From: Dimorphilus gyrociliatus
Lineage: Eukaryota > Animalia > Annelida
Assembly (NCBI GenBank): GCA_904063045.1
Contig: CAJFCJ010000015.1
Span: 1-64,000 of the forward strand
DNA length: 64,000 nucleotides
Direction of reading: 5' to 3'
In this document: positions 14,510-28,780 of the stretch, in pieces
Position numbering within the stretch: position 1 is the first letter of the stretch
Layout: every line of letters begins with the position of its first letter
The notes under the pieces: model-generated
Seen by the model: only the letters and a program-made list of their open reading frames with translations
Told to the model about the DNA's origin: nothing
Databases searched by the model: none
Program-made: the position numbers and the translations under genes

Positions 14510-16969
14510 TTAAACATTTCCAGAAGAGAAGAGACGATTATGTAGGGCTACTTTCGCTCCTCTAACGCTATTAACAAACTTTCTAGTAGTTTCTTCCATA
14601 ACGGAAAAATCAAGAAGATTATTAAATGAATTAAAGAATATATCTTGTACAGCTCTTAATCTTCTTTTTCTCTCATCTAATTTTTGTCTACGAAAGAAAG
14701 GATAAGATTTTTTAATTAGGCAATATACTTAAACTAATAAAAAATTCTTACCTATCTGATTCATTTACTGGCCTATGAATTGAATATTCTTCGCTCGAAA
14801 TCTCATTGAGAAATGAAAAAAGAAAGACTAGTACATTTTCCTTTTTAGATATTCTTTCGCATAGTTGATGCCTAATAATTGTAAATGGAATAAATAAGAA
14901 TATACTGTGTATACTTCTTCTCATTGATAAAACTTTCTTACCCGTGTAAAAACCAATCGTAAGCTAGAGTAAAGTAGGCCATTTCTGTATCAGATAAGGA
15001 TTCGTTTACTGCGCCATCAGCCCACAAGGACAATCGAATTAGAGAGATAAACAAAGGCGTTCGATCCCACCCAGATATGCAGTGGACCAGAAAGTTGCCA
15101 TTTTCTATTAATTTAATATAATTAGTTAGTTTGCCTCCTTAAATTACTTTCTTAATTAACACTTACCAAACTGCAGAAAATTTAATACTATTCGTAAATA
15201 ATTTTTTGTTAACTCAGCTAAATCCCAATTCTGTAAATAATAGAAATGTATTAATTCAATTTTATTAAAAAGTTCCTTCCCATCCTCAAATTTATCTTAA
15301 GGATAGAGGTAGCACAAAATTATATATAGTGTATATTACTTTATATCTCATAGATGGCGTATGCGTAAAGTAACAAAATGTTAAATTAATTTTTGTTCTT
15401 ACCCTTTCTGATTTCTCACCGTTCGCTTTTATCACACCTTTCATTAGATGTGAGGGATTCGACTGAGTTTCTTCTGGTAATTTCATACAAACATTGTAAT
15501 CCTTAAGAAGATTAATTAAGTCAAGATTAATTGTAAAAAATACCCTTTATTCCATTTAATTACTTACATTGTCCCATTGATATTTTAAATTATCTGGGTT
15601 ATATCCCCTCTCGCTCCAACAAGAGAAAAATTCGCATCCGGGGTACGGTAATTGAACAATTCTAAATCCAGAGTATTTTTCTCGACTAGCTGCCTTTTCA
15701 GATGATGCTACACTATTAAAATAATAAACTTTGAATTACAATATGTAAAAAGGAAAATGAGATCATTATGAGAAAATTAGTATCTTCTTGTATATACTTA
15801 CTACATTCCATATCTTAACAATCTCTCCTCAACCATTAAATCAAAAATATAATTTATTCCATATGTTTCTAAAACCTTAACGTCACGCGATCGTAATGCA
15901 TCAAGTATTGAGACCCTATCACCGTTCGATGGGGAAGTAAAATCAAGACCGTCTTCAGATTCGTCATGTGTTGATTCGCAATTATCTCTATTCAAATTTC
16001 CGGAGAAGACACCACTCCAAGAACTCATCTTTACCAATTTTTCAACTAAAATGTCAATAGGCAGATGTAGATAGAAGGATAGAAAGAAAGAATAAAAAAC
16101 ATATTTAATAAGCTATCTCTCATTTCTCTATATAGTATATAGTATTATTTATACTTACCAACATTTGTTAGACCTTTCTTCGTTTTCCTAGCCAAGACTT
16201 CTTTACCACTTGAAAGTGTTGCACTACGGAATATACACTAAAAAAGCCAAAACAAAGACAATATGAATATACAGTATATATGTACACCTATCCTAATATT
16301 CTCTTAATTTATTATATAGTAATACTATACTTTATTTTTATATATTATAGCTGGAACAACAAATCTTTCACGACTTCTGGCTAGTCTGGCTCTTTTTAAT
16401 TGGTTTGTCAACGCATTTAAATCAATTCTAAAAGGAAAAACAGTTAATTAGAAATTTTGATGTAATTCTTTACGTGATTTTTTTAATTACTCTTCATTTT
16501 CCAATAAACAAATAGGAATGTAGATTTCTGAAGGATAATGTCCACATAAGCAGCCATCTTTATTGTCAATAACCTATTGTTTAAAATCATAGTTTCTGTG
16601 TATATATGTATATAAATATAATATTTCTAAATATATTATGATAGTTAGACAGTATATAAATCCTGTCTCTCAAAGAATATTAATACATAAATATACCTGA
16701 ACACTTATATTTCGCTTTATCAGTTCCTTACACCGACTCAGATGACTGTTAACCTGTTAAATTAAATAGTATAATTGGTATACAGCTGATAGCAATAAGT
16801 AGAGTTCTATTGTTTTTTCTTTTATAAATAGATAGTTATCTTATTAACTGTTACTCACATGAGCATCATTAGAGGAAGCTTTATAATTTTGTTTCGTAAT
16901 TTCGAATAGAAGACTTTCGACTGAATTATCATAGATTAAATTAAGACCTTCTAAGTTACCCTCTGCCAT
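14510..16969 (-). CDS. MTMR14: Myotubularin-related protein 14 (Jumpy/EDTP) phosphoinositide phosphatase; mostly missed by the ORF track because of short exons
   Basis: Spliced translation gives MAEGNLEG..., LCGHYPSEI, ARLARSRERFVVPAII, FRSATLS, IFDLMVE, LPYPGCEFF, WDLAELTKNYL, and the intact CX5R motif VHCISGWDRTPLFISLIRLSLWADG (15058-15084); stop TAA at 14510-14512. Confidence 0.93.
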
Positions 16970-17350
16970 TTTCTCATTTAATATCTTAAGGTATTTACAA
17001 TACTTGAATTTATTTAAAAACATTAACTAAAAATGATGTACATATACATTTCTTTAATTCTGTCTGCTATTTAAAGAAACTTTTCGTATTCGTAATTGTT
17101 TCTTTTAGGCCTATATTAAAGAGCCACCATATAAAAGATAAACAAATATGGCGTATACATATCAACAAAAATCGAGAACCATCATTGAAAGACATAATGT
17201 TGATATATTTTTAATTGATTATAATTAATTTAGAAAGAAAAATAACTTGTTCTATAATATTCAAGTATTAATTTAGTGAATTATCAAAGAAATTCGAAAA
17301 CAAATAAGCTATACAACCAATCAGTGGCCGACAAATTTCGCCGCTGCAAA
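16970..17350. promoter_or_regulatory. Head-to-head (bidirectional) promoter MTMR14 / UGGT
   Basis: 381 bp between divergent ATGs; CCAAT near 17317; YY1-like caaaATGgcggc overlapping the UGGT start. Confidence 0.6.
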
Positions 17351-17965
17351 ATGGCGGCCTCCATGCATGTATACAAAATTTTTGTTATCTTGGTTAGTAA
17401 ACGCCTAATTTGATTTGTTTTAATTAAATTTGTTAACAAAAGGAAGTATAAATAATAATCAATCATTTCAGTAGCAAATAAGAAATCATTGCCTACGTCA
17501 AAACTTTTTAAAATTCTTATTTATTTTCAATAGATAATCTACTTTCATAATGTGGCCGATTGCAAACCGAAATATGTTAGCCTCCAATTGGATGCTTCAT
17601 GGTCAGATACACCCCTTATACTGGAAGCTAGGTACAGATTGCACTATTAATACATGTAGAACTTTATTACATTTTTCATTTTATATAGCGAATATATTGC
17701 GCAAGAAAGTAATGATTTATTCTGGTCATACGTTGAAGATATTGTAACAGAAAATGGAGACTACTGGGAAAGTTTACAGCATATTGATTTATACAATACA
17801 ATTGTTGAAAAAGTGGGAAAGTTATTGTCTCCTCTCAAGTTGAAGTTGTTTAAATTTTCCTTGTCTGTGAAAGCTCATTCACCAGCTGTAGAAATGCATA
17901 ATCAAGTATGATAAAGATTTATCTTAAAAATTTTCGAATTATTATTACTTATACACTAGATATAA

Positions 17966-17996
<31 letters not shown>

Positions 17997-20900
17997 TTTT
18001 TGTATAGATTGCGTACGAAAAGAAGCCGTCATCAACTTGCGAGAGTTTCGTAGATGTAAATAATATGATAACTTGCGACGAGTACGCCTTTAAAGCATTC
18101 CTCGAGAAAGCCGATCAACAAGATAGACATGTTTTGTTAAAATCAGATCACATATTTCCTGTTAATGAGAATGGAAAAATTGTTGTTATACTATACTCTC
18201 AACTATCTACAAATTCTTTTGCCAAATGGCATAAAGAACTTAAAAGTCTTGCTAATGCTGGAAAGATTGTGTACGTCTTAAGGCATTTTGTACATAATAA
18301 GTCTGAACAAAAGACTAGATTGTCGGGTTATGGTGTTGAACTTGCCATTAAAAGTACAGAGTATAAAGCTAAGGATGATAGTAAAGTTGAAACTGATGAA
18401 AATAAGGAATCAAGTGAAAATGAAATTGATGAAGTTGATGGATTCATATTTTCAACATTAAAAAAGCTTTATCCCAATGAAGAGGAATCATTATCGAAGT
18501 ATCGTAAACATTTAATCGACTCAAATAAGGAGTTGGCGCCCTTAAAAGTATGGCAATTACAGGACTTGAGTATTCAGGCTGGCCAAAAAGTAGCTAACGC
18601 AAGCGCTGACGAAGCATTGGATTTATTAAAAGATATATCTCAAAATTTTCCATCGTTAGCGAGGTCTTTAGCATCAACAACTGTAACCAAAGAATTTTTA
18701 AAAGAGATGAAAGATAATCAGCACGTTATTGAAAGTGAATTAAGAATGGGTGCAGGAGAATCTGCTCTATTTATTAATGGACTTCAAGCCGATTTGGACA
18801 TATCTGATGTATTCACCCTATTAGATACACTTAAAAGTGAAGCTAACGCTATCGAAGGATTAAATGGATTGGGATTTAAAGTATGTATATCACTTTTATT
18901 AAAGATATTCTGAATTACGTATTTAATGATAACATTCGAATAATATTCATTTCAGAAAAGTCAATTACTATCTCTTCTTAAGCTTGATTTCCAAGAATCT
19001 AATAAAATCGAATACGCTATAGATATCCGAGGGGATTGGTTTACATATATAAATAATTTGGAAAAGGATAGAAAATATAATAATTGGCCTAGATCAATTC
19101 ACGATCTATTACAGCCAACATTTCCAGGAATGTTAAGGCATATTGCTAAAAATATGTTTCATATGGTAGATAATTAATTCAGTTCTTTAAATATCGTACA
19201 CTCTAAAGATATGCATTTTTTTTAATTAATTAATTAAGGTGTTTATCATCAATCCTTCATCAGCCGAAGGTAAAGATTTATTAAAAATTCTTGAAGCTTT
19301 CTACGTTCATAACGCACCTGTAAGGTAAGGAATATACTTGAAGAATTAACTACAAAAGAAACCAATTCCATAAGTTATAGTTATGTTATTTCTTTATTAT
19401 TAGACTGGGTCTTCTTCTTACACCGGAAGATGAATTCGGTTATGCAATGTTACGTGCATTTAATTATATTAATGCAAAGAAAAATGGAGTAAAAGCAGTG
19501 TCTTTTCTAACTGATGTAATTATTCTTATTATATCTCTTATAATGATATATAAATAATAATTCTTTTCATTAATTCGTTAAGATTTACGAAAGACTTGGA
19601 AACAATAAATTTGAGAAACAAGTTGTCACTTCAGAATTTAACTTACAATATCCAGAAGCAGACGATAAAGAACTTTTCTATAGTGAAACTGAATATAGTA
19701 AAAATGAAGATGTCTGTATAACAAATTTTCTTTCTCCCTTAATATCTTTATTATTAAATTTATTAATATATTTAATAGAAAGGAAAAGAATTTTTAAAAC
19801 GTACCGGATTGAATGTTTCACCTCAAGTTTTGATTAATGGAGTGCCTTTACGTAAAGAACAACTATCTGGCGAAGCCTTCGAAGAAGCTGCCGTAACTGG
19901 AATTCTTCGAATGACGAATGAATTACAAAAGAAAGTTTACGATGTTTGTTTTCTTAATTTTATAAATATCTTTTTAAATTAGATTAAGTTTCCATTTTCA
20001 TTATTTCATTCTTTGTTTATTTTTGATAGGGTAAAATTAATGATCAAAGTAATTTAATGGATTATTGGATGGAGAAGAAGAATGTTATGCCACGTTTAAA
20101 TAATCGTATATTATCGAATGATGCTAAAATGCTCTCTTTCTCTGTAGACTCTAGTAAAGAGTTTTTAGACGATTCAAGTATATTTAAAGGTCTACCAGCA
20201 AACCAAATGAGTAGTGCTGTTGCCGATAATGCCGGCTATATTTCAAAATCGGCTGGACTTCGAGCTGTAAATCTCTGGGTGGTTACCGATGTTGAAACGG
20301 AAGAAGGAAGAGCATTGCTATATGACGGAATTAAACAACTGAAACATTCCAATACAGCAAGATTAACAGTTATATTTAATCCGTCGAATTTTGATAATTT
20401 AAAAATAACTAAAATTATCTATACGGCTTTAAAATCAAATGAAGATATTTCCCAAAAGAAAAATTTCATAACTAAATTCGTAAAAGAAGAGAATGTTGCC
20501 GATATTTATAGTGGAAAGAAGAGTTGGAAAGATTTCTCCGTTCATAATATGAATGTTGAAAATTTCGAACAAAATTTGAATAATTTTAATATTGAAAACA
20601 TTAAATCGTTGAAAATATTTGCCGAAAGAGTTGTTGGATGTAATAATAAATTAAAAATGGCTATTCTAGCTAATGGAAAGATAATTGGTCCATTCGAAAA
20701 TCGTGATGAATTTACTTTTGAAGATTATGGTCTCTTGGATAAATTTAGTTATAATAGAGGTGGAGAGATTGTAAGTAGAAAGTTAAAAGTAATCATGAAT
20801 GGTCAAGATGACAGTGTGTAAGTTGTACATTAACATATAATATATGAATAATATAATTAATATATTTGAAAAAATTCATTTTAGGATTAGCGATAAAGTC

Positions 20901-23487
20901 TTAAGAGTGCTAAGTCTTTTATCATCATTGCCGTCAACAGAAGCGAGAAAAGATATTAAATTCGTATCTGAGAAATACTCTGTTCTCAATTTTGAGGCAA
21001 ATTCAAATGGGCCAGCTTTTGAAATATTAGCAATATTAGATCCAACATCAAAGGCTGCTCAAAAATATACACCACTTATAAATGTTCTTAGTAAAGTGAC
21101 GAATGTTAATTTGAAAGTTTTTCTCAATTGCCGTGAAAAACTATCAGAAATGCCTTTAAAAAGGTAAATAATATTAGAATTTATTAATTTCTTCAATGAT
21201 TAATTAGGTGTCTTTTTTTAAAATCTTTTCTTTTTTTTATAGCTACTATCGTTATGTCCTAGAACCGGAATTAGCCAATACTAAACCAATGGCAAAGTTT
21301 GTTGATTTACCTCAAAAAGCCTTACTAACTCTTGGTGTTGATGCTCCGGAGAGTTGGCTCGTAGAAGCCGTTAGAAGTCCATATGATTTAGATAATCTTA
21401 TCTTAGACGAAGTTTCTAAAGGAGTTCACGCCGATTTTGAATTGGAATACCTTCTAGTCGAAGGACATTGCCATGACGTTACAACTGGTCAACCTCCAAG
21501 AGGATTACAGTTTATCTTGAAGAGCGATCTTTCAAAGCCTCTGCAAGATACAATTGTTATGGCAAACTTGGGTTATTTCCAATTGAAAGCTCGTCCAGGC
21601 GCATGGAATATTCAACTTAGATCAGGACGTTCAGCTGATATTTACGAAGTAGTAAGCCACGAGTATACAGATTCGCCATCAAACAGTCCAAAAGTTGTAG
21701 CTGTGGTTGATAGTCTTAAAAGTAAAATCATCAGGATAAAGGTTATTTACTTATGGAATTATTAATACTGTACTTTAAATATATAAACGTATACTATTCT
21801 TAATTAGGTTGGCAAGAAAAAGGGTAAAGAAAAGGAAGATTTGTTAGGTGGTGACGAAGAAGAACCTGGAAGTTTATGGAGTTCCATATCAAGGTAATAA
21901 AGACATTTAGATTAGATATGACGCTTGATGCTTCTAAATTATTATTTAACATTATTAATTACATTCTTATTTGATAACGTAGGTATATATTATTATTATT
22001 ATTACGTTTATTTCCAGTGATGATTCATTTGATACAAAATATACAAAGTTATTACAAACTAAAATAGATGACGTTGAGGTTGATGATAATGATGAATTTG
22101 ATGAGTTTAGTGACGGTTATAACGATAGATCATTAAAAAGGTTTTAAAAAAATATATAAATAAATAACACATTAAAAATTCTAAATCCAAACATTTAAAC
22201 AAACAAACAAACATATAAACACAGAAAAAATGTTTGAACAAGTTGTATTCAATGTTGTTTTTATGCATAATGTAAATTTTTTTGTTTGTTTCAACATATT
22301 TGCTATAATTGTCTTCTATTTATTCAATTTATCTTATATCGCTCTAAACAAGTTTGCACATTCTTATCTAATATTTTTTTCGTTTTTTTTTTTTATAGTA
22401 AATTTACGGGATCTAAAGGAACTTCTTCCGATTCGAACAATTCGGACGAAGAGAAGGACGATAAGTTGAATATCTTCTCGCTGGCTTCCGGTCATCTTTA
22501 TGAGAGATTTTTGAGAATTATGATCGTATCTGTAATGAAACATACAAAGTCTAAGGTTAAATTTTGGTTTTTGAAGAATTATCTATCTCCATCCGTTAAG
22601 GTATTATAATATTTGAATTAGTTAATTAAATAGTAAATAATATGATTTTTTTTTAAAAAAACAAACAAAAAATTAGGAATTTATTCCCCACATGGCCGAA
22701 AAATATGGTTTTGAATTTGAACTTGTTCAATATAAATGGCCTAGATGGCTGCACCAACAAACTGAAAAGCAACGAATTATTTGGGGTTATAAAATTCTCT
22801 TCCTTGATGTCTTATTCCCTCTAAACGTTGAAAAATTTATATTTGTTGATGCTGATCAAATAGTTAGGGCTGATTTACAAGAGTTAGCAGATTTAGATTT
22901 GGAAGGTGCTCCCTATGGTTATACGCCGTTTTGTGATAGTAGGAGGGAGATGGATGGCTTTAGGTTTTGGAATAGTGGGTATTGGAAAAGTCATCTTGGT
23001 CACAGAAAATATCACATTAGCGCCTTATATGTTGTTGATTTGAAAAAATTCCGTAAAATTGCTGCCGGAGACCGCTTAAGAGGTCAATATCAAGGTCTCA
23101 GTCAAGATCCTAATAGTTTATCTAATTTGGATCAAGATCTTCCAAATAACATGATTCATCAAGTTCAAATTAAAACATTACCCCAAGAGTGGCTTTGGTG
23201 TGAGACATGGTGTAGTACTGAATCACTCGCAAACGCAAAAACAATTGATTTGGTATAGTTTCATTTTATTACCAGTTTTCTTTAATTTATCCTTAATTTT
23301 AATTTACAATTTTTTACAATAGTGTAATAATCCACAAACAAAAGAACCTAAGTTAACTGCAGCCGTAAGAATTGTCAAAGAATGGAAAGACTACGATGAA
23401 GAAGTTAAAACTTTATGGGATGATTTCCATAGTAAACGACCTTCAACATCCTTTTCAAAAACCAAAGGTGGTAAAGATGAATTATAG
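17351..23487 (+). CDS. UGGT: UDP-glucose:glycoprotein glucosyltransferase
   Basis: Signal-peptide start [14 protein letters not shown]|IIYF..., [33 protein letters not shown]24 domain [19 protein letters not shown]...[11 protein letters not shown]...LDQDLPNNM...[12 protein letters not shown]; ends KGGKDEL* (ER retention). Confidence 0.97.
22018..22140 (+). CDS. Candidate 123-nt acidic cassette exon in UGGT
   Basis: ttccag|tgatgat...aaaag|gtttta; phase 2 on both sides, open frame, inside a 505-nt intron (21894-22398). Confidence 0.55.
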
Positions 23488-23892
23488 AAATGTTAAAGAG
23501 ATATTTGAAAGGAAAGAAGAAGATGAGTTTATATGTAATTTAATACCAATTAGGTACATTCTTTTTTTTGCTATTTTACATTCAGTTTCTTATAATGTCT
23601 ATTAACTGTTTTGGCTTCATCTGGCTCAAATATTTGTTAAGAACTGAATGTTTACTTGTTTAATAAACGTTCGAATTTTTAAAAATTATAGGTGGAGTTG
23701 CCATCGTATACCTTTTTCTTATATACAATATCTATTTATTTATTATACACTTTAACATTAGCAACAAGAAAGGGTTCTAACATTTTTAATATAAAAACAA
23801 TACATGATGTAAATTGTCAAAGAATCGAAAAATCGTTGAATTCTTTATATTGTACTTTAATTCGCAGAATACTATATATTCCAAAAGAATTG

Positions 23893-23927
23893 AGTACTTT
23901 TATCGAATAGTACTTTTATCGAATAGT
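23893..23927. repeat. 16-bp tandem duplication (agtacttttatcgaat x2.2)
   Basis: Direct repeat read from the sequence, in the short UGGT-RPGR intergenic region. Confidence 0.9.
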
Positions 23928-24008
23928 CCTTAGAGTGGTTCGAATTCTCAGTCGATTTATAATCCAGAAAAATGCATACGGAGTAACAATTGTAACTAAA
24001 CAGTTAAC

Positions 24009-27000
24009 ATGGCGGACGACGACGCTGACATTCCTGGTAACAGATGATTTAATTGACAATAATGTTGATCTTTGTTGAATCTATTTGATAGTTTTTGTAA
24101 ATTAGCTGATTCAATAGAGAAAACATATAAAATCAATTAATTTTTGTCTTCTTTTCAATAAATCACGTTTTGGCGCGCTTTCTGGACATGAGATAGCATG
24201 ATTTTATTGCGGTTGTCATCTTGCAGATGCTGGAGCCGTATTTACCTTCGGAAAAACTAAATTCAACGACAACATACCTGGACAGTTTTGGATAAGAAAT
24301 GACAAAGTTGTTCAAGTAGCATGTGGGGATGAACACACCGCTTTGGTAGCCGGTAAGAAGAAAAATTCCAAAGATCATTTAATATATTAGCCAGTTTGAC
24401 TTTGTTTTTCAACAGAAAGTGGTCGGCTATTTACATTCGGATCCAATTCCTGCGGGCAATTAGGTTTAAAACAAGATAAAGTTGAAAAGCCGACACCCGT
24501 TAAAGGTAACTAACAAGTGTCCAATATTCCTTTTATCATTAAGAAAAGCAAGTACAAATTTCTCTGTGTTACTTAAAGATGTAGACTTAGTTTTAACAAT
24601 AATAATAAGTTGTCAATAGAGAGACTACGAACTTGATTATCATTCATTTTGTATAAATAGCGAAAAGGAAATAAGATTATGAATAAATTAAATGACGGTA
24701 CTTTATATCTATATATGTATATAAAAGTAGAAAGTTAATGCTTACAAATATACTAATATATACTTTTATAGATATCTATATGCTCTTTTTAGGTCAAAAA
24801 TAGAAAAACTTGTACATTTTACTTCATTGTGCTTTATAAAGAGATTATTTGATTAGTATAGTCTCTATTTCTCTAAAGCGCTTGAATATACTGTATATAG
24901 GGTGTGATTATTTCGCAATACGGCCTATTTATATTATATAAATAAATTTATATGCTATGCAGGATTATATATAAAAACAAAGAGAATAATTAAATATTAA
25001 TGAGTTTTCTTTTCTTCTCTTAATTAATTATAAAATTTAATTAAAAGATAGAGAGAGAGAGAGAGCTTCTTTTTCTCTTTTTGTAATTTTAAAACGATAA
25101 CTAAATACATTATTGATCTCTATTATCATTCTTAATTTGATACAAAACTTATTTATTTATTACCTCTATCAATATCATTGTGTGTTTTTTTGTAAGATAA
25201 ATAGAGAAGATCATTACACTAGAATGCCACCTAAAGTTAATATATACCATAATTCAATTTCTATAATAATAGATCAATAAACTATATAGAATCTTTTTGC
25301 AACAAGGGAATAACTATAACAAACGATTATCTATTGTTTTTTCTCAGTCTTCCATTCCTTTTTATAAACAGCTTTAAAACGAGAAAAAGTAACGCTAGTT
25401 GCTTGCGGATTTAATCATACAATAGTTGGTACGATGTCTGGACGGATATATGGTTTAGGTAGCAATAACGAATGTCAAATAGCTCAAGACGGTGAAACTA
25501 TAACAGACTCAAAGAAGCCTGTGCACATAAAAAATCTACCTGAGACTGAATACAAGCAAATTTCTGTTGGAACGCATCACTCAGCAGTATTGACAGCTGA
25601 TGGAGATTTGTTTCTATGGGGTAGCAGTAGCGAAGGTCAGAAAAGAAATTAATATGAAATATGATAGTATAGTAATTTTTTTATTACGCCATACGTTCTT
25701 TTTAACTTCTAGGTCAATTGGGTGAAGACACCGAAAATATAATCGAACCAAAATTGTTTGTTCTTCCCACTAAAGAAGCGATTAAACAAGTGTCGTGTGG
25801 GAGTTATTTTACATTGGTTCTCACGAAATCTGGAAAATTATACGCTTTTGGAGAGAACGATTCATATCAACTAGGTCTAGGAGACGATAATAATCGAACG
25901 GAGCCGACATTAGTCCAAATTAAGGAACCTCTTCAAAATATTGCTTGTGGAGGTAATCACGCCCTTGCTTTAACTTCTTCCGGTGAAGTATACTCTTGGG
26001 GAGATGGCAGGTATGGCCAATTAGGTCTTGGTACTAGAATTAAAGATAACTATTGCCCTGAACCAACGAAAATCGAAGGTAATTCTAAAGTCTTTATTAT
26101 TCATCACTTAAGTACGCGAAAACAATAAACTAGAGATCAATAACATGAACATAAATTTACAGCGGGAGTGTCTGGTTCAAACGGTACACTCTAATAATTC
26201 AATCAATTTTTATTTATTCTTCATATAGTGTCACCAAATCGATTCTTTTAATAATTTCATTTCACTTTTAGGTATTGGAAAAATTGATCAAATCTATTGC
26301 GGTCACTCTCACTCTGCTCTATTAACTAAGAAAGGAGTTCTTATGACTTTTGGCGATGGTAGACACGGTAAATTGGGGCACGGAGAAGATCGTTTTGTAA
26401 ACGAATTTCATCCTGTTGTTGTTGAAAGATTTCGCAATATTCGAGTTGAAGGAGCTTCTTGTGGCGGATGTCATACAATTGTTCTTGGTATATAATTTGG
26501 GGATTAACTATTCTATCACTAAGATAACTATAAGAATACTTAATTTCTCTCGAACAGGAAGTCGAAAAGAAGAAAATGAAAGTTCAGAAGAAGAGCAACA
26601 ACATACAGTTAGAAATTCTTTAGATTCTTATAGAGAAAATTTAGACTTAAGTGCAAGTTTTACCGCAAGAAAGCGGAGACAAGACAACTTGAGTTCCAGT
26701 ATAAATAATAAAACATTACCCACCCTAAATAATTCCATGAAGCCCAGTCCAAGGTTTGAACATAGTCAAGGACATCCTACGAGAATTGAACCTATGCGAA
26801 GAAATGGAGTAAAAGCTGCACCACTTTTAAGGAATGACATGGATTCAATTCATGGAAGGAAGGAGAGAATGATAGAGAAAAGCGATAGTGACGAAGAGAG
26901 AAGTAAGATCAAACCAGTAAGTAAATTCGTTCTGTTTCATTTCCAATTTTCTTTCATCTTTCTAATAGAAAAAGATTTAGAATAAGAAAAAACTAATAAT

Positions 27001-27741
27001 AAAGAGGGTTTTTCTAAGTGATTTTCTTATTGTGACAAACTCACAAAAATATTATCTTCACTTTTGTATAAATGCCAAAAACTATAGAAAGAGGAGCAAA
27101 TAGATGAGGAAACAGAGCAAAAAATTGACTCTGATAAAGACGAAATTGAAGATTATGATAAAAGGGATAAGGATAATAGAGAACCTAAAGCCGAAGGTGA
27201 CTCAAAAGAAGATAGCTCTGATTATGGAGCAAACGTTAGAAAAACTAAGAAATTCGATAGAAAAAAGATAGCAAAAAAATCTAGAAAGGATACAAAAACA
27301 AGCAAGAAAAGTGACGAGGATGAAGAAGAGTGCGAAAAGGAAGAAAGAGAAAAGGAAAAAGATGAGAGTTCAAATGAAAATGAGGATGATATAGACAGAA
27401 ATAAATTAAAAGAAAAAGTAGATGTGAGTTAAAGGATTTGCAGTTGCGTGAAGATCAAACACACTCCTTTTCTATCGAATTTTTTCCCTTTCTACATTTA
27501 GCATTTGAACATCTAATAGAGTCCTTTTATTATCACATTTTTGCAAATATACCTATAATATCCATTTATTTTCAGAATTTTAAAACATATCTTAATCTAT
27601 CTTTGCTGCAAAAATATTAACACTGTGTATTTTCTCTGCTAATTTTCCAAAAAGCTTGACATAGAATGCTAATATTTTTTATTTATTTTGTAATGAAATG
27701 AATAATGAATATTCATTAATTATACACTATATAAACAAATA

Positions 27742-27774
<33 letters not shown>

Positions 27775-28780
27775 CCTGTATATATTTAATACTCATTTTC
27801 AAGCTTGTTTACGTTTGTTTTTTTTCCTTTACGTTTATCTAAATCTAGCCTAAACCCCGTCCGCGCCAGCTTCACATTTCCGATTATCCCATCAGCACGG
27901 TTTGTTTTTAACAATATTTTTTTTCCAAATTGTTAATTTCTCCTCCTTTGGTTCCCACTTTTCTATTCATTGATTTTTCTTTCTCTATTCATTGATTTAA
28001 ACCTTAATAAGTACAATTTTATAGTTGAAAGGTTATTTATTAATTGTCTTTTCGTTTTCTTTTTTTTACATATCTTTAATTAGTCTTATATCCATTTTTA
28101 CTCTTTAGTCTTCTAAAAAGGGAAAATCAGAACGCCCAACTCCAGTAGCCAGGCGTTCTCATTCACCTGTAATTAAAAGGAGAAATAACGAAAGTGCCGA
28201 CGATGATAGCGGAAGTGATGGCTCTGAAGAAAGCGAAGAAACAACGCCACCGCCTCGCGTTGGTCATAGGAATAGGGCTGAAGCGTCTGGAAACTCTCGT
28301 GGGCGAACAAGCGAAAGAGATGAACAGAGAGCTAGGCCTAAACCCGTAGCTAGGCAGCAAAAAGAAAAAAGGAAAGAAAGCGAAGACGACAGTGGTAGAG
28401 AAAGTGAAGATGAACGTGAGCAAGCTTAAATAACTAACTAATCTAAATAAAAGTATATTCTCTTTCTAAATTGCCTTTGAAGCGTCCACATCAAAATCAC
28501 TCAGACCCCCACCCAAACCAAGAAGGAAATCAGCTGGGAGAAGTATACAGGAAGAAGATGACGATTCAGTCGATAAATTATCAACAAAAAGCGTTAAAAG
28601 CGATAAAAAAGACGAAAAATCAGGTAACGTATTAAATATAAATAAGAAGGAAAAAAAACGAGTTTTTTTTAAAAAAACAAACTTATTAAGTAATTAATAA
28701 TTATCCTAATTATAAACATTTTAGAAGAGAAAATAAAAGGAAACGTTGAAGAGGATAAGGTTGTTGGATTCGATGTGTAA
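24009..28780 (+). CDS. RPGR: RPGR-like protein: RCC1-like repeats followed by a charged low-complexity tail
   Basis: MADDDADIP|DAGAVFTFGKTKFNDNIPGQFWIRNDKVVQVACGDEHTALV matches the RPGR N-terminus; ALKREKVTLVACGFNHT and further RCC1 repeats (ACGGNH, WGDGRYGQLG, FGDGRHGKLG); Glu/Lys/Asp-rich exons to EEKIKGNVEEDKVVGFDV* (28725-28780). Confidence 0.85.

Noticed and set aside
15801-16037. Initially considered as the PCYT1 N-terminal exon
   Set aside because: It splices into the MTMR14 chain; the PCYT1 start exon is 12743-12675.
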